In this document: positions 1 to 12,249 of the stretch, in pieces
How the letters are laid out: every line of letters begins with the position of its first letter
How positions within the stretch are numbered: the first letter of the stretch is position 1
Source of the DNA: an uncultured delta proteobacterium
GTDB taxonomy: Bacteria > Myxococcota_A > Polyangia > Polyangiales > Houyiibacteriaceae
DNA: 64,000 nucleotides
NCBI GenBank assembly: GCA_963699755.1
Contig: CAVOVB010000005.1
Coordinates: 96,001-160,000 of the forward strand
Reading direction: 5' to 3'
The notes under the pieces: model-generated
Told to the model about the DNA's origin: nothing
The model's input: the letters and a program-made list of their open reading frames with translations, nothing else
The model's database searches: none
Program-made: the position numbers and the translations under genes

Positions 1-1826
<1,826 letters not shown>

Positions 1827-1880
1827 TTAGGGTTACGCTGTGACATCGCCCCGCCTCTAAGGCACTTTGTGGAGGAGGGG

Positions 1881-4484
1881 ATGAACGCAGAGGGGCAGCT
1901 CTTGGGGCAGCGCGACGCGGAGCTCGAGGCTCGGTACGAGCGAATTCGCGACGAGCAGATGCGGCTTCGCTCGCTCGCCGCGCTCCAACACATGCTGCCC
2001 GTCCTGGCGTTCATCTACGCGGCAGGGGCCGTCCTCTTTCTCTTGGCGCCGCCGTTCCTACCGAACGCGCCGCATGTCCTGATCTGCACGACCTCTGCTG
2101 CGCTGGTGCTCTTGGTTTGGACCGGCATGCGCGCCGACGACCCCCGCTTCGACACCCCGGTCTCGGTGGCGACGATCTTCATCGCTGCCGGCATGGCGCT
2201 CACAATGTTGGCGGTCAGTGGTGCGCTCAGCAACACCACCTCACTCGCGATCGCCATCATGGCCACAGCGGCCGTGACCTACCGCTTTCCGATCTACGCC
2301 CTAATGCTGGTCGTCGCCTTTGCCGGATGGCTTCCCCTCGCGTTTCGCGTGGAGAGCCAGGAGGTCAGCATGAACCTGCTTCAACTCGCCGCGGCGAGCA
2401 CCGTCGGCGGCTTGTTCTTGTGGTCCCGTCGACAGCTGATGTTCGGTCTTTACGACGAGGCAAACCAGGCAGAAGCCATGCGCAACCTCGCAACCGAACA
2501 ATCGCGGACCTTGGCGGGGGCGCGCGACGCCGCCCTGGCGTCTGCGCAGGCCAAGGGGCAGTTCCTGGCGAACGTGAGCCACGAAGTGCGCACCCCGCTC
2601 AACGGCATCCTCGGGTTGCTTCAATTGATAGACCCTAGGGCGCTGCCCAAGCCGCAGGACGAGTATCTGCAGGAGGTCCACAAGTCGGGCCGCGCGCTCC
2701 TCGCAATAGTCAACGACTTGCTCGACCTTTCGAAGATCGAGGCGGGTGAAATGCGTCTGGAGTCCGTGCCCTTCGATGTGATCTCGATGACGGAGGAAAT
2801 CGCAGTCAACTACGCGTCGGCGGCCAACGCCAAGGGTATCGAGCTGATCACCCACGTCGGCCCGGAGGTCCCCGCCGAGGTCCTGGGTGACCCACTGCGA
2901 CTGAGACAGGTGATGTCCAACCTCTTGAGCAACGCGCTCAAGTTCACCAAGGAAGGCGAGGTCGTCGTCGGGGTTCGGGTCAAAGACCGTGGCCCATGGC
3001 ACGTCGACCTCGAGGTCCGCGTGACCGACACCGGGGAGGGCATCCCCGAGGCCCGAGGAGAAACCATCTTTCGACCGTTCTCGCAAGGCGACGCATCCAC
3101 GACCCGCGAGCATGGCGGCACGGGCCTCGGGCTTCCGATCTGCCGTCAGCTGGTCGCGCTGATGGGGGGTGAGCTGCAAATGGTCAGCACCGTCGGCCAG
3201 GGAAGCACCTTCTTCTTCGAAGCGCGCTTCGAGCTGGAAGAGACGCTCAGTGAGGAGCTGCAAGCGGTCACCCAGGCGCTGCGCGGCATGAAAGTCTTGG
3301 TTCTCGAGAGCAACAATCGTGCTCGGGAAACGCTCAGCGCCCAACTCGAATCATGGGGTATCGAAACCTGGGCGACGACGACCTACGATGGTGCGCTGAG
3401 CACGCTACGTGTATCGCAGCGTCCCAACGTGATGCTGATCGACTTACGTAGCCTGGGCACCGATTGGCACAGTCGGGTCATCGAGCTCAATGGCATCGCC
3501 AGGACGCAAGGGATCTCGTTGGTCGCCATCTGCTCCTACCGGCACGAAGTCCGAGAGCTTACGGAGACCGGGGTCAATGTACACGTCGAGAAGCCGATTC
3601 GCAGGGCAAAGATCATTGCGGCCCTGCTCGAAACGCTCAACCGATCGAGCGCTCCGACACCCGTGTCGGACGTGGCCAGCCGCGCATCCTTGCCACCGGC
3701 GGCACCAGTCGACTTGGAGTCCAATGGAATGAAGATTCTCGTCGCCGAAGACAACGCAATCAATCGGAAGGTGGTCGAGGCACACTTGCTAGCGCTCGGA
3801 TACGAGGTGGACACCGTCAACGACGGCGTCGGGGCGCTCGACGCGCTGATAGATGGCCATCCCTACGCCGCGGTCATCATGGACGGGCAGATGCCGCGAA
3901 TGGATGGCTATCAGGCCGCGCGAGAACAAAGGTCGCGTGAGCTCGCGGCGGGCCGTCCGCGCGTTCCCATCATCGCGCTCACCGCGCACGCCATGCTGGG
4001 CGATCGCAACACGGCACTTGCAGCCGGCATGGACGACTACCTCTCGAAGCCATTCACGCAGAAGCAGTTGCGAAGAGCCCTCAACCGTTGGGCTGCGAGA
4101 CCGGCGGCCAGCATTTCGGAGCTCCCTGCGACGACACTCGACAGCCAGATCACCTCCCAGCTCCTGGAGCTCGACGAGGAGGAACCCGGCTTCGTCTCCG
4201 ACGTCATCGCGAGCTTCCTGCAAAACGCGAAGGAGAACATCGCTCGCATGAAGGCCGCCGCCGAGAAGGGCGATCTGGATGCCCTGCACGCGGCCGCCCA
4301 GATGCTTCGAGGCAGCAGCCAGCAGCTCGGCGCCCGCAAACTCGGTGCCAGCTGCTTCGAGATGGAAGAGAGCAGCAACCTGGAGGACGCCGCCGCGATC
4401 CTCGGTAAGGTGGAAAGCGACCTCGAAGGCGCACGAGAAGCGCTCACGGCCCTCGCCGAACGCGCTCTCGATGCGGCATCCTAG
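1881..4484 (+). CDS. Membrane-bound hybrid histidine kinase (TM-HisKA-HATPase-REC-REC-Hpt-like)
   Basis: FLANVSHEVRTPLNG H-box, NLLSNALKFT, DTGEGI, GGTGLGL, REC MDGQMP/SKPF, C-terminal Hpt-like helices. ATG 1881 follows a GGAGGAGG RBS; the ORF-track extension to 1338 overlaps ligA. Confidence 0.92.
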   Translation: MNAEGQLLGQRDAELEARYERIRDEQMRLRSLAALQHMLPVLAFIYAAGAVLFLLAPPFLPNAPHVLICTTSAALVLLVWTGMRADDPRFDTPVSVATIFIAAGMALTMLAVSGALSNTTSLAIAIMATAAVTYRFPIYALMLVVAFAGWLPLAFRVESQEVSMNLLQLAAASTVGGLFLWSRRQLMFGLYDEANQAEAMRNLATEQSRTLAGARDAALASAQAKGQFLANVSHEVRTPLNGILGLLQLIDPRALPKPQDEYLQEVHKSGRALLAIVNDLLDLSKIEAGEMRLESVPFDVISMTEEIAVNYASAANAKGIELITHVGPEVPAEVLGDPLRLRQVMSNLLSNALKFTKEGEVVVGVRVKDRGPWHVDLEVRVTDTGEGIPEARGETIFRPFSQGDASTTREHGGTGLGLPICRQLVALMGGELQMVSTVGQGSTFFFEARFELEETLSEELQAVTQALRGMKVLVLESNNRARETLSAQLESWGIETWATTTYDGALSTLRVSQRPNVMLIDLRSLGTDWHSRVIELNGIARTQGISLVAICSYRHEVRELTETGVNVHVEKPIRRAKIIAALLETLNRSSAPTPVSDVASRASLPPAAPVDLESNGMKILVAEDNAINRKVVEAHLLALGYEVDTVNDGVGALDALIDGHPYAAVIMDGQMPRMDGYQAAREQRSRELAAGRPRVPIIALTAHAMLGDRNTALAAGMDDYLSKPFTQKQLRRALNRWAARPAASISELPATTLDSQITSQLLELDEEEPGFVSDVIASFLQNAKENIARMKAAAEKGDLDALHAAAQMLRGSSQQLGARKLGASCFEMEESSNLEDAAAILGKVESDLEGAREALTALAERALDAAS

Positions 4485-4490
4485 CGGAGA

Positions 4491-5297
4491 TCAGTTCCTA
4501 GTCGCACCGCTGAGGCGTGTAGCGTCAGCGATCCAGCTTTCCCGAATCGTGCGCTCCGGAACACCGTCCACGTGCTCGACCAGCCATTCGACGTCCGACG
4601 CTTCGAATCGCGCGATCTGGTGGAAGTGGTAGATGCCGAGTCGATTCAGCATGCGTTCGAGGCTCGGGTCGACGCCCTCGAGCCTCTGCAAGTCGTCGCG
4701 CGGCCCCAATGGTTGCACCATGACCCATGCGGGTGGCCGCGATTCTCCGCTGGTCCTCGTCTCGAGCTCGGCGTCGCGAATCCGACCCTTGAGACGTTCG
4801 ATGTCATCGAGCATCCGCTCGTGAATTCCGTGCAGCACCTCGAGCTCGGTTTGCAAGCGTGCACCCCGTGCCTGGGCTTGTCGTAGCGTGGTCTGTGCGT
4901 CGTCTCGCTCTTGGACAGCGATGCGAAGCTCGCGTCGAAGGTCCTCGGCGGACTCGCGCGAGCTTGGACGCTCCTCGAGGTCGACGGCCGACATTCGCTC
5001 GTTGAGCTCTTTCATCGTTCGGTTTCGGGCATCCAAGGTCGCGGTGAGCTGCCTCTTCGCGCGCTCTAGAGCTTCGATTTTCTCGGTGGAGCCACTGAGC
5101 TCCTTGTGAAGCGCTTCGATGCGGTCGGCTTGCGTGGCGATGTCCGCACGCGCTTCCTCGAGCTCGTATTGGAGCGTCTTCGCGCGCACGGGAGCCACCA
5201 GGCGCCCCCAGAAAACCTGTCCGAGCCATAGCAGCAGCGCGCCCAACACAGCGGCGACCAGCAAGGCGCCTATCATCTGCAAGATCAGATACGTCAC
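4491..5297 (-). CDS. Membrane-anchored coiled-coil protein with C-terminal helix-hairpin-helix (COG3743-like) domain
   Basis: N-terminal TM, long heptad-rich region, DDLQRLEGVDPSLERMLNRLGIYHFHQIA motif. Confidence 0.75.
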   Translation of the reverse strand: MTYLILQMIGALLVAAVLGALLLWLGQVFWGRLVAPVRAKTLQYELEEARADIATQADRIEALHKELSGSTEKIEALERAKRQLTATLDARNRTMKELNERMSAVDLEERPSSRESAEDLRRELRIAVQERDDAQTTLRQAQARGARLQTELEVLHGIHERMLDDIERLKGRIRDAELETRTSGESRPPAWVMVQPLGPRDDLQRLEGVDPSLERMLNRLGIYHFHQIARFEASDVEWLVEHVDGVPERTIRESWIADATRLSGATRN

Positions 5298-5611
5298 GTC
5301 TCACCTCCCCCAACGCTCTCTTGGCCGGCGACGAGCATCTTCGTGCGCACGACGCGCACCCCCCGGATCATGCTCACGATACGCTCCGCGCGTTGCGCCT
5401 CCGACTTCGAGGAGACCCGGCCACGGAGCTCCACATCTCGGCCATCGACGACCGGCACCAAGTCCGAGAAGCCGGTGCGTTCGAGGACGTCGCTGACGCG
5501 TGTGGCGACGTCCCACTCTATTTGGTGGCGAGCAGGGCTGAGAAAGGAAACCCAGGCGACATAGCCGAGGAAGCTTGCCGAAACCGTGCCAAAGACTGCC
5601 TTCTTCCACAT
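5294..5611 (-). CDS. BON-domain protein
   Basis: N-terminal TM, then VVDGRDVELRGRV...AERIVSMIRGVRVV BON pattern; 4-nt overlap with the downstream gene. Confidence 0.75.
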   Translation of the reverse strand: MWKKAVFGTVSASFLGYVAWVSFLSPARHQIEWDVATRVSDVLERTGFSDLVPVVDGRDVELRGRVSSKSEAQRAERIVSMIRGVRVVRTKMLVAGQESVGGGET

Positions 5612-5751
5612 TGCGCGGTTCGCCTACCAGCTGGATTGAACTCGATTGGCACGAAAAATGCCATGTTCTGACAGGAGCCATCCCACAGCGGCGCGAGGCA
5701 GCACACAAAAAAGACGCTCTGTCTCGCCCGATGGGGTGCCCTTGGGGCGCA

Positions 5752-6303
5752 CTAAGAGTCGAAGTCGTGCCGCTCGACGATCTGGAACAGGCGCTCCTGA
5801 CGATCGTCTGCCCAGGTGTACAGGGCAACGGAGGACACGACGTAAGTGACGTCGCGCAGATCGATAGCCCGGGCCCAGCGAAGCGCCTCTCGCCGTTCGG
5901 CAGCGTTCGCTCTGCGCTGGATTCGCCCTAGCGTCATGTGCGGAAGCGGTGGCCGGCTGTCTTCCGGGGCACCCGCCGCCCTCAAGAGCGGCTCCTTCGC
6001 CTCGGCGATCATCTCGCTCAGCGCGTCCCGGCCCACGTCGATCATGGCCGAGAGCGCAGAAGGTTTTCGGGGATGCCCGAGAGGCTCCACCCCGCTGAAC
6101 GTCCCGCTCACTGTGCGAAACGAGCAGAAGTCGCCAATCTGCGCCCAGGCTTTCCTGGCTTCGGACACTTGCACCGAGCCGAGAAAGCACAATGTAATGT
6201 GCAGATCGGAGCTCGCGAACATGCGAACACGCGCGGGTGGGGCGGGTCGCAAATGCAGATTCGCCAGTTGCGTCGGAAACGCGATGAACCAATTAGGAGC
6301 CAT
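5752..6303 (-). CDS. thpR: RNA 2',3'-cyclic phosphodiesterase (2H phosphoesterase)
   Basis: Two HxT motifs (LHITLCFLG, PHMTLGR), N-terminal WFIAF. Confidence 0.88.
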   Translation of the reverse strand: MAPNWFIAFPTQLANLHLRPAPPARVRMFASSDLHITLCFLGSVQVSEARKAWAQIGDFCSFRTVSGTFSGVEPLGHPRKPSALSAMIDVGRDALSEMIAEAKEPLLRAAGAPEDSRPPLPHMTLGRIQRRANAAERREALRWARAIDLRDVTYVVSSVALYTWADDRQERLFQIVERHDFDS

Positions 6304-6344
6304 CCGACGAGTCTAGGCCCAAGCGAAACGCGCCGCGAGAGCCC

Positions 6345-7139
6345 ATGCCCATCACCGAAGCCTTCAGCGAATCCCTCCAGGCCCATCCCATCTACACCTG
6401 GGCTTTGCTCGGGATTGTCGTGCTGGGCATCGTCAGCTTCGTTCTCCTACTGTTCATCTCGGCGCCCTACGGCCGCCACCTGCGGCCCGGCTGGGGCCCT
6501 ACCGTCAACGCAAGGGCACTGTGGGTGCTCATGGAGGCGCCCTCCCCGATTTCGTTCGCGGTCGTCTATTTCATGTCAGACAACGCGTTCAAGCCCGTCC
6601 CGCTGATTCTCCTCGGGCTGTACATGCTGCACTACGTGTACCGGTCCTTCATCTACCCGTTTCGGATGCGCGGGGGCCACAAACAAAAGCCGATCATCAC
6701 GGGCCTGCTGGCGTTCTCCTTCAACACCGCCAACGGCTCGACCAATGCCTTTGCGATCACCGAGCTTGCTCCGCACCTGCTGAGCACCGAGTGGCTGAGC
6801 GACCCGCGGTTCATCATCGGTATAGTCGTCTTCTTCGCCGGCTACACCATCAACCAGCAGTCGGATGCCATCCTCTTGAACCTCCGAAAACCCGGCGAAA
6901 GCGGCTACAAGATCCCACACGGGGGCTTTTACCGATGGCTCTCGAGCCCCAACTATTTCGGCGAGATCATCGAATGGGTCGGCTTCGCGCTGGCCGCCTG
7001 GACGGTGCCGGCCTGGGTCTTTGCCTGGTTCACCGCCACAAATCTCGTCCCCCGGGCCTTTTCCAACCATCGCTGGTACCTCGAGCACTTCCGCGAGTAC
7101 CCGAAAAGCCGGCGCGCGATCATCCCCTTCGTGCTCTAG
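6345..7139 (+). CDS. 3-oxo-5-alpha-steroid 4-dehydrogenase (steroid 5-alpha-reductase family)
   Basis: APYGRH, WVLMEAPS, HYVYRSFIYP, YKIPHGG, SPNYFGEIIEW, HRWY motifs. Confidence 0.88.
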   Translation: MPITEAFSESLQAHPIYTWALLGIVVLGIVSFVLLLFISAPYGRHLRPGWGPTVNARALWVLMEAPSPISFAVVYFMSDNAFKPVPLILLGLYMLHYVYRSFIYPFRMRGGHKQKPIITGLLAFSFNTANGSTNAFAITELAPHLLSTEWLSDPRFIIGIVVFFAGYTINQQSDAILLNLRKPGESGYKIPHGGFYRWLSSPNYFGEIIEWVGFALAAWTVPAWVFAWFTATNLVPRAFSNHRWYLEHFREYPKSRRAIIPFVL

Positions 7140-7217
7140 CCCGTAGACTTGCGTCAGCGCCCGGATTGACGCGACAATGGGCGACCAGGGGCGCACATCA
7201 TCGGGGAGGGATGCACG

Positions 7218-9653
7218 GTGGCCGACAAGGACTCGAGATCGCGTAAAGAACCATCCGACCTATTTCAGGTCGAGAACGCCACACCGTCGATCGCACCGGT
7301 CACCAAGATCGTGCTGCCGCCGGAGGAAGCGCTGAAGCGACGCATCCGGCGCTTCATCGCAGCAGCGATCGCGGCGCTGATCTTCTTCTTCATCGTGCAC
7401 ATGGTCCTTGGTTGGATTCACGCGGCCCGTGTGGCTTCGTCGCTCGACGAGGTCATCAGCGACGCGAGCCCAGATGTGGTCGATGGCGCGCTCGCTCTTC
7501 TCCGGGACGATCCCAACGACTCGGTGCGCGCGCGTCTGCTCGCGACTGCTGCGCTCGGCGGCGATGCCGAGAAGTTGAAAGAAGCCGAGACTCTCCTCGC
7601 GAAATCCGCGGAGCAAAATGACCCCGACCAGCGAATCGCCAAAGTGTACGCGTTCCTCGCGGAAGGAGACCCACGATCGGCCCATGCTGAAGCAGAGAGG
7701 CCGGCCAAATATTCGGACCAGGCCGATGCGTTCCTCCTTGGGCGCGCAATGACCGCGCTTGCGCGCGGCCAGTGGGCGCAGGCGCTCCCAGACGCCGAGA
7801 ACGTCGTCGACTCGCGCCCTGGCGCTCCATCGCCCATTGCTCTGCTCGCCCGCATCAAGGCACGCACCGATGGCCCAGAGGCCGCGCTTGCCGCGCTGGA
7901 CACTGCGACCAAGCAAACGGCAGAGACGAAGATCGCGCGCGCGCGAATCGTCGGATTGCTCCAGGGGAACGCCGACGAGGCGCTCGAGTTGATCGAGGAA
8001 GTTCGCAACGATGACGGTGCGTCACTGGTGAGCCAAGCTTGGGCCAACTTGATCGACGGTGTGCTCGCGTACCGGCGCGGCGCCATCGGTGAAGCATACG
8101 AACGAGCGCGCGCCGCGGCCGAACCTGAGCTGCGCGTCGATGAACCCTTACTGGTCGGGACCGCACAGCTTCTGCTCGCTCTCGGACGAACGAGCGAAGC
8201 AAAGCAAGTGCTCACGCGGCTCTCGAGCGGACCGTCTGCTGATCTGTTCACCAGAGCACACGTGATCGCTTGGTGGTACGCCCAGACTGGGGATATGCGC
8301 GCAGGCCTCGCGACACTCAGCGGAGCAGGTTTTGGCCCCGAAAAAGCAGCCGAGCCTGCATTTCGCGCGCTGGTCATCGCAGAGCTCTTGAAGGACTCCC
8401 CCCGAGCCGCCGAGCGCAGTCGGGCCGGCGCGCTCTACGAAACCGCCGCCAGCGATGCTCGGTGGGGTGTCGCTGCGTCGAGCAGGCTTGCGAGCTCGCT
8501 CATCGAACAAGGCAAGAGCGAGGAGGCGCTCGAGGTGCTCCAAGCAGGCCTCGCCGCCGCACCAAACCATCTGAGCTTGGTCGACGATGCCGCTCGGGCC
8601 TACGTCGACACCGGCCGACTCGCCGAAGCGGAGAGGTTGACGTCGAATGCGCTCGCGGCCTTCGACGGCGAAGGCTGGGCACATGGAAGCCACGCGCGCG
8701 TCTTGTTGGCAAAGGGCGATGCAGCGAGGGCCGTGGCCGAGCTCGACCGCGCCATCAAGCTGAGCCCGGGAGACTCGAGCTTGTATGCACTACGCGGTGA
8801 TGCAGCCCGCGAGGTTGGTTCGATGGACGCTGCCAAGGCCAGCTACGAGAAAGCACTCGAGCTCGATCCCGCTCGAGCACGCGCGCTGTCCGGCTTCGTG
8901 ACCCTCTTGATCGACATGGGCGACTTCACTCGAGCCGAGGAAATCATCAAACAGATGGACGATGCGAAGGTCCGGGACCTTCGCGCAGACGAGCAGCGTG
9001 TCCGTTTTCTCGTGCTCACCGGCGCCGGACAAAGCGGGATGACGACGATGCAAAGCGCGGTAGGCCGGCACGAGAGCGACGTGGCACTCCGCCTGGCCGG
9101 CGCACGCGTCGCCATGCAAGCAGAGGACTACACACGGGCGGCCAGCTACTATCAGAAAGCCAAACGCGACGGAGCAAACGCGCGCCTCGCCGAAACGGCG
9201 CTCGCGCTGTCGCAGCTCTACGGCCGCAGGACCCTGGGCGCGGAGAACTCGCTCGAACGCGCGCTCGAAGCCGTCGACGCAGAAGGAAATCGGCTGAAAG
9301 CGACGCCGCAAGTTCAAGTCTGGGAGCTGATCGTCCGAGCCCGGTTGGCGCTCGCCGACGAAAAGCGAGGCCTTGCGGTTCGCTACGCGAAGGAGGCCTT
9401 GGACGCGATGCCGGACGACGCCGACGTGCACCTGCTACACGCCGACATCGAAGAAGACCGCGAGCGCTCTCCGGAGGAGCCGCTCCGAAAGGCCGCCGCG
9501 GCTGCGGTTTCCATGCCGATCGCAGCCGGCCGGCTGGCCGCCCTCCTCGGCCCCACCCAGGAAGGCTGCGAAATGGCGGCGCGCTACCTGAAGGCCAACC
9601 GCAGCGGTAAGCTTGCAAGTCGCGCGCGCGACGTGAGCCGCCAGTGCAAGTAG
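7218..9653 (+). CDS. Membrane-anchored tetratricopeptide-repeat protein
   Basis: One N-terminal TM; Ala/Leu-rich TPR helices (AKASYEKALELDP, ELDRAIKLSP). Confidence 0.8.
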   Translation: MADKDSRSRKEPSDLFQVENATPSIAPVTKIVLPPEEALKRRIRRFIAAAIAALIFFFIVHMVLGWIHAARVASSLDEVISDASPDVVDGALALLRDDPNDSVRARLLATAALGGDAEKLKEAETLLAKSAEQNDPDQRIAKVYAFLAEGDPRSAHAEAERPAKYSDQADAFLLGRAMTALARGQWAQALPDAENVVDSRPGAPSPIALLARIKARTDGPEAALAALDTATKQTAETKIARARIVGLLQGNADEALELIEEVRNDDGASLVSQAWANLIDGVLAYRRGAIGEAYERARAAAEPELRVDEPLLVGTAQLLLALGRTSEAKQVLTRLSSGPSADLFTRAHVIAWWYAQTGDMRAGLATLSGAGFGPEKAAEPAFRALVIAELLKDSPRAAERSRAGALYETAASDARWGVAASSRLASSLIEQGKSEEALEVLQAGLAAAPNHLSLVDDAARAYVDTGRLAEAERLTSNALAAFDGEGWAHGSHARVLLAKGDAARAVAELDRAIKLSPGDSSLYALRGDAAREVGSMDAAKASYEKALELDPARARALSGFVTLLIDMGDFTRAEEIIKQMDDAKVRDLRADEQRVRFLVLTGAGQSGMTTMQSAVGRHESDVALRLAGARVAMQAEDYTRAASYYQKAKRDGANARLAETALALSQLYGRRTLGAENSLERALEAVDAEGNRLKATPQVQVWELIVRARLALADEKRGLAVRYAKEALDAMPDDADVHLLHADIEEDRERSPEEPLRKAAAAAVSMPIAAGRLAALLGPTQEGCEMAARYLKANRSGKLASRARDVSRQCK

Positions 9654-9663
9654 CTGGCCTCGA

Positions 9664-10797
9664 TTAGTCGCCGTCGGAGAGCAGGCCGGAAACCCGCTCG
9701 ACCGCATCGATGTACTCGCTGACCATCTCTTCGATGACCTGACGGGCAGGCTTACGCGTGTTCATCTGGCCTACGACCTGGCCGACCGGAGTGCCGAGCA
9801 GGGCGTCCGACCCTTCGGCACCGGTCTGCGCAAAGCGCGTGATTCGCTGCGTTGCCTCAGCCGTGGCCATGAACTGCAGCGGCATCGGCAGGTAGCCCGG
9901 GCATTCCGGATCCTCGTCCCAGGCGCGCGTGTAGGCGGTCTTGAGTTGTCGTGCCGGCTTCCCGCTGATGCAGCGCGAACGAACCGTCTGAGTGGAATCG
10001 GCGACGAGCAGCTTGTCGACGAGTGAAGGAATCGAGTCGGATTCCTCGGTGGTGAGCCAGATCGAGCCCGTCCAAACCCCTGCAGCGCCCATCGCCATGG
10101 CGGCAGCCATCTGACGGCCTGAGCCTATGCCGCCCGCGGCGAGCACGGGCGTGGGGGCCACGGCATCGACGACCTGTGGCAAGAGCACCATCGTACCGAT
10201 CTCGCCGGTATGACCACCCGCCTCGTAGCCGGACGCGATCACGATGTCGACGCCGGCGGTCTTTTGCTTGATCGCCTGACGCACGGTGCCGCAGAGCGCA
10301 GCGACGAGCACACCCTTGTCGTGCGCTTGGCTGATGATGTCTTCGGGGGGTGGCCCGAGCGCGTTGGCAATGAGCGCGATCGGGTGCTTCATCGCCACCT
10401 CGAAGTGCGCGCGGCCGCCAGAGGCCGACCAGCCGAGCAGGCCTTCGATCTCCTCGACGTCATCGGGGAGCGGGGGCACCCCATTGCGATCGAGCAGATC
10501 GTTGATCCACTTGCGGTGCGCCGGCGTGATCATCTGGTCGAGCTGCTCTTTGGTGATGTCGCCCTGGTCCTTGCCGATGTACTTGGCGGGGATGACGGTG
10601 TCGACGCCGTAGGGCTTGCCGTCCACGTGCTCGTCGATCCACTTCAGCTCGAGCTCGAGCTGCTCGGGGCTGTATGCCACGGCACCCAAGACCCCGAGCC
10701 CGCCAGCCCGGCTCACCGCCGCCACCACGTCGCGACAATGGCTAAATGCGAAGATCGGAAACTCGATCCCCAGCCGCTCACAGATCTCAGTCTTCAT
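9664..10797 (-). CDS. Nitronate monooxygenase-family flavin oxidoreductase
   Basis: GYEAGGHTG, PVLAAGGIGSG, GVWTGS motifs. Confidence 0.88.
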   Translation of the reverse strand: MKTEICERLGIEFPIFAFSHCRDVVAAVSRAGGLGVLGAVAYSPEQLELELKWIDEHVDGKPYGVDTVIPAKYIGKDQGDITKEQLDQMITPAHRKWINDLLDRNGVPPLPDDVEEIEGLLGWSASGGRAHFEVAMKHPIALIANALGPPPEDIISQAHDKGVLVAALCGTVRQAIKQKTAGVDIVIASGYEAGGHTGEIGTMVLLPQVVDAVAPTPVLAAGGIGSGRQMAAAMAMGAAGVWTGSIWLTTEESDSIPSLVDKLLVADSTQTVRSRCISGKPARQLKTAYTRAWDEDPECPGYLPMPLQFMATAEATQRITRFAQTGAEGSDALLGTPVGQVVGQMNTRKPARQVIEEMVSEYIDAVERVSGLLSDGD

Positions 10798-10950
10798 GCA
10801 AACACCCGATAGAAAGCCACCCTAGGAAATGGGGACCATCCCTTCTTCCCAGGGCTCGAAAGGAGGAATAGAACGTGTTCTATTTTGCCGGAAGGGCAGC
10901 GGATCGTCAACGGCAAAAACCGACGGGTGTGGAAGGCCTCGTTTCCTCAT

Positions 10951-12180
10951 CTATTCGACGCTGCTGTCGACCAGGTCGTTCCAAGCCTCGGTGCCGTCGA
11001 TCATGGCGGTGAACCATTCGAGCACGGTCACGCCGTCGATCTCGGTTTGGAGGCTCCCGAGCTCAGCGATCCCACCAGGGGGCGGCGGGGTTTCGCTGAG
11101 CAGGGTCGTGTGCGCGGTTCCCAGTGGAATGAACCGCTTGTATCGGTCCTCGAACAGCCCGGTCGTTCGTCCGGTTTCCGCAAGGAGTGATGTGGTGAAG
11201 TCCGCGGGATCGATCATCAAGAAGAGCGAAGAGATGACGGAATCGGCGCTGAAGCTCAGCGCGCTCATCGTGAAGTTGTCGTCCGCGGCGAGCTGCCATT
11301 CGATGAAGCGCGTCGTGTGGCCGTTGCTCGTGCAGTCTGAGCACGAGGCAGGGATGAGCGAGCCCGCGTTCCATCCGGCCAACAGCGTCTCGTTGACGAA
11401 ATCCGGATCGCCCTCCTTCGCCACACCAACGCCCGAATCATTGAAGAGCAGGACCTCGGTGTCGGGGTAGTAATAGCGGACCAGCGGCATCGCCGTCATG
11501 GTTCCGAAGGCGCCACCGCTCACACCTGTCAGGAGAATTCGGCTTGGGTTCGGGAACTCCGCACTCGCAATGTCGAGGGCAGCCGTCAGGTTTTGGAGGC
11601 CACGTTGGTAGCCCATGCTCTGGCCCGGACCGCCTCCCCCGAGGAAGCTGTTGGGCAGAACCCGATCGACATCGCCCGCAAAGAGCGAGCCGTCACAGTA
11701 GGGTAGATACACGACATCCCAGTCCGCAACCGGATTGCCCTCGAGGTCCGGGTCTAGAATCCCATCCGCGGTGAGCGAGTTCGTGGTTTCCAAGGCCGAG
11801 CAGAAGTCTGCCCAACATGCACCGCCGCCCTGCAGGAAAATCATCAGCGCATCGGAGCTCCCCTCCCGCGTGTCGACGGTGTATTCGGTGCCACGAAGGC
11901 AGAGTGGGCCCCGGGGCTCGGCTTCGAGGTCGCCTGGCACCGCAAATTGGTGGGTCTTGACGCGTGCCACGGCGTCCGGCTCGTTGGCTGGCGTGAATTC
12001 GCCGACATATTTCGTGAGCCCTTGGGCATACAGCTCATCAAAGCTGGGAGCCGCTGCGCCTCCGGATCCACCCGCACCCGTCGAACCGCCGGAACCGACA
12101 GTCGACGCGCCGTCATCTCCTCCACAGCCTCCAAGCGCAACGAGCGGGACGATAGTCAAAGACAAGAGCTTCATTCGCAT
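10951..12180 (-). CDS. Pectin acetylesterase-family lipoprotein
   Basis: Lipobox LGGC, Gly/Ser linker, FLQGGGACW, YLPYCDGS, GVSGG nucleophile elbow, NDSG. Confidence 0.8.
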   Translation of the reverse strand: MRMKLLSLTIVPLVALGGCGGDDGASTVGSGGSTGAGGSGGAAAPSFDELYAQGLTKYVGEFTPANEPDAVARVKTHQFAVPGDLEAEPRGPLCLRGTEYTVDTREGSSDALMIFLQGGGACWADFCSALETTNSLTADGILDPDLEGNPVADWDVVYLPYCDGSLFAGDVDRVLPNSFLGGGGPGQSMGYQRGLQNLTAALDIASAEFPNPSRILLTGVSGGAFGTMTAMPLVRYYYPDTEVLLFNDSGVGVAKEGDPDFVNETLLAGWNAGSLIPASCSDCTSNGHTTRFIEWQLAADDNFTMSALSFSADSVISSLFLMIDPADFTTSLLAETGRTTGLFEDRYKRFIPLGTAHTTLLSETPPPPGGIAELGSLQTEIDGVTVLEWFTAMIDGTEAWNDLVDSSVE

Positions 12181-12249
12181 CGAATCCTCCGTGATTGCCG
12201 CATCAGCGAACGGGGCGGCGGCTATTGGTAACCCGCTGCGTATCCGGGG

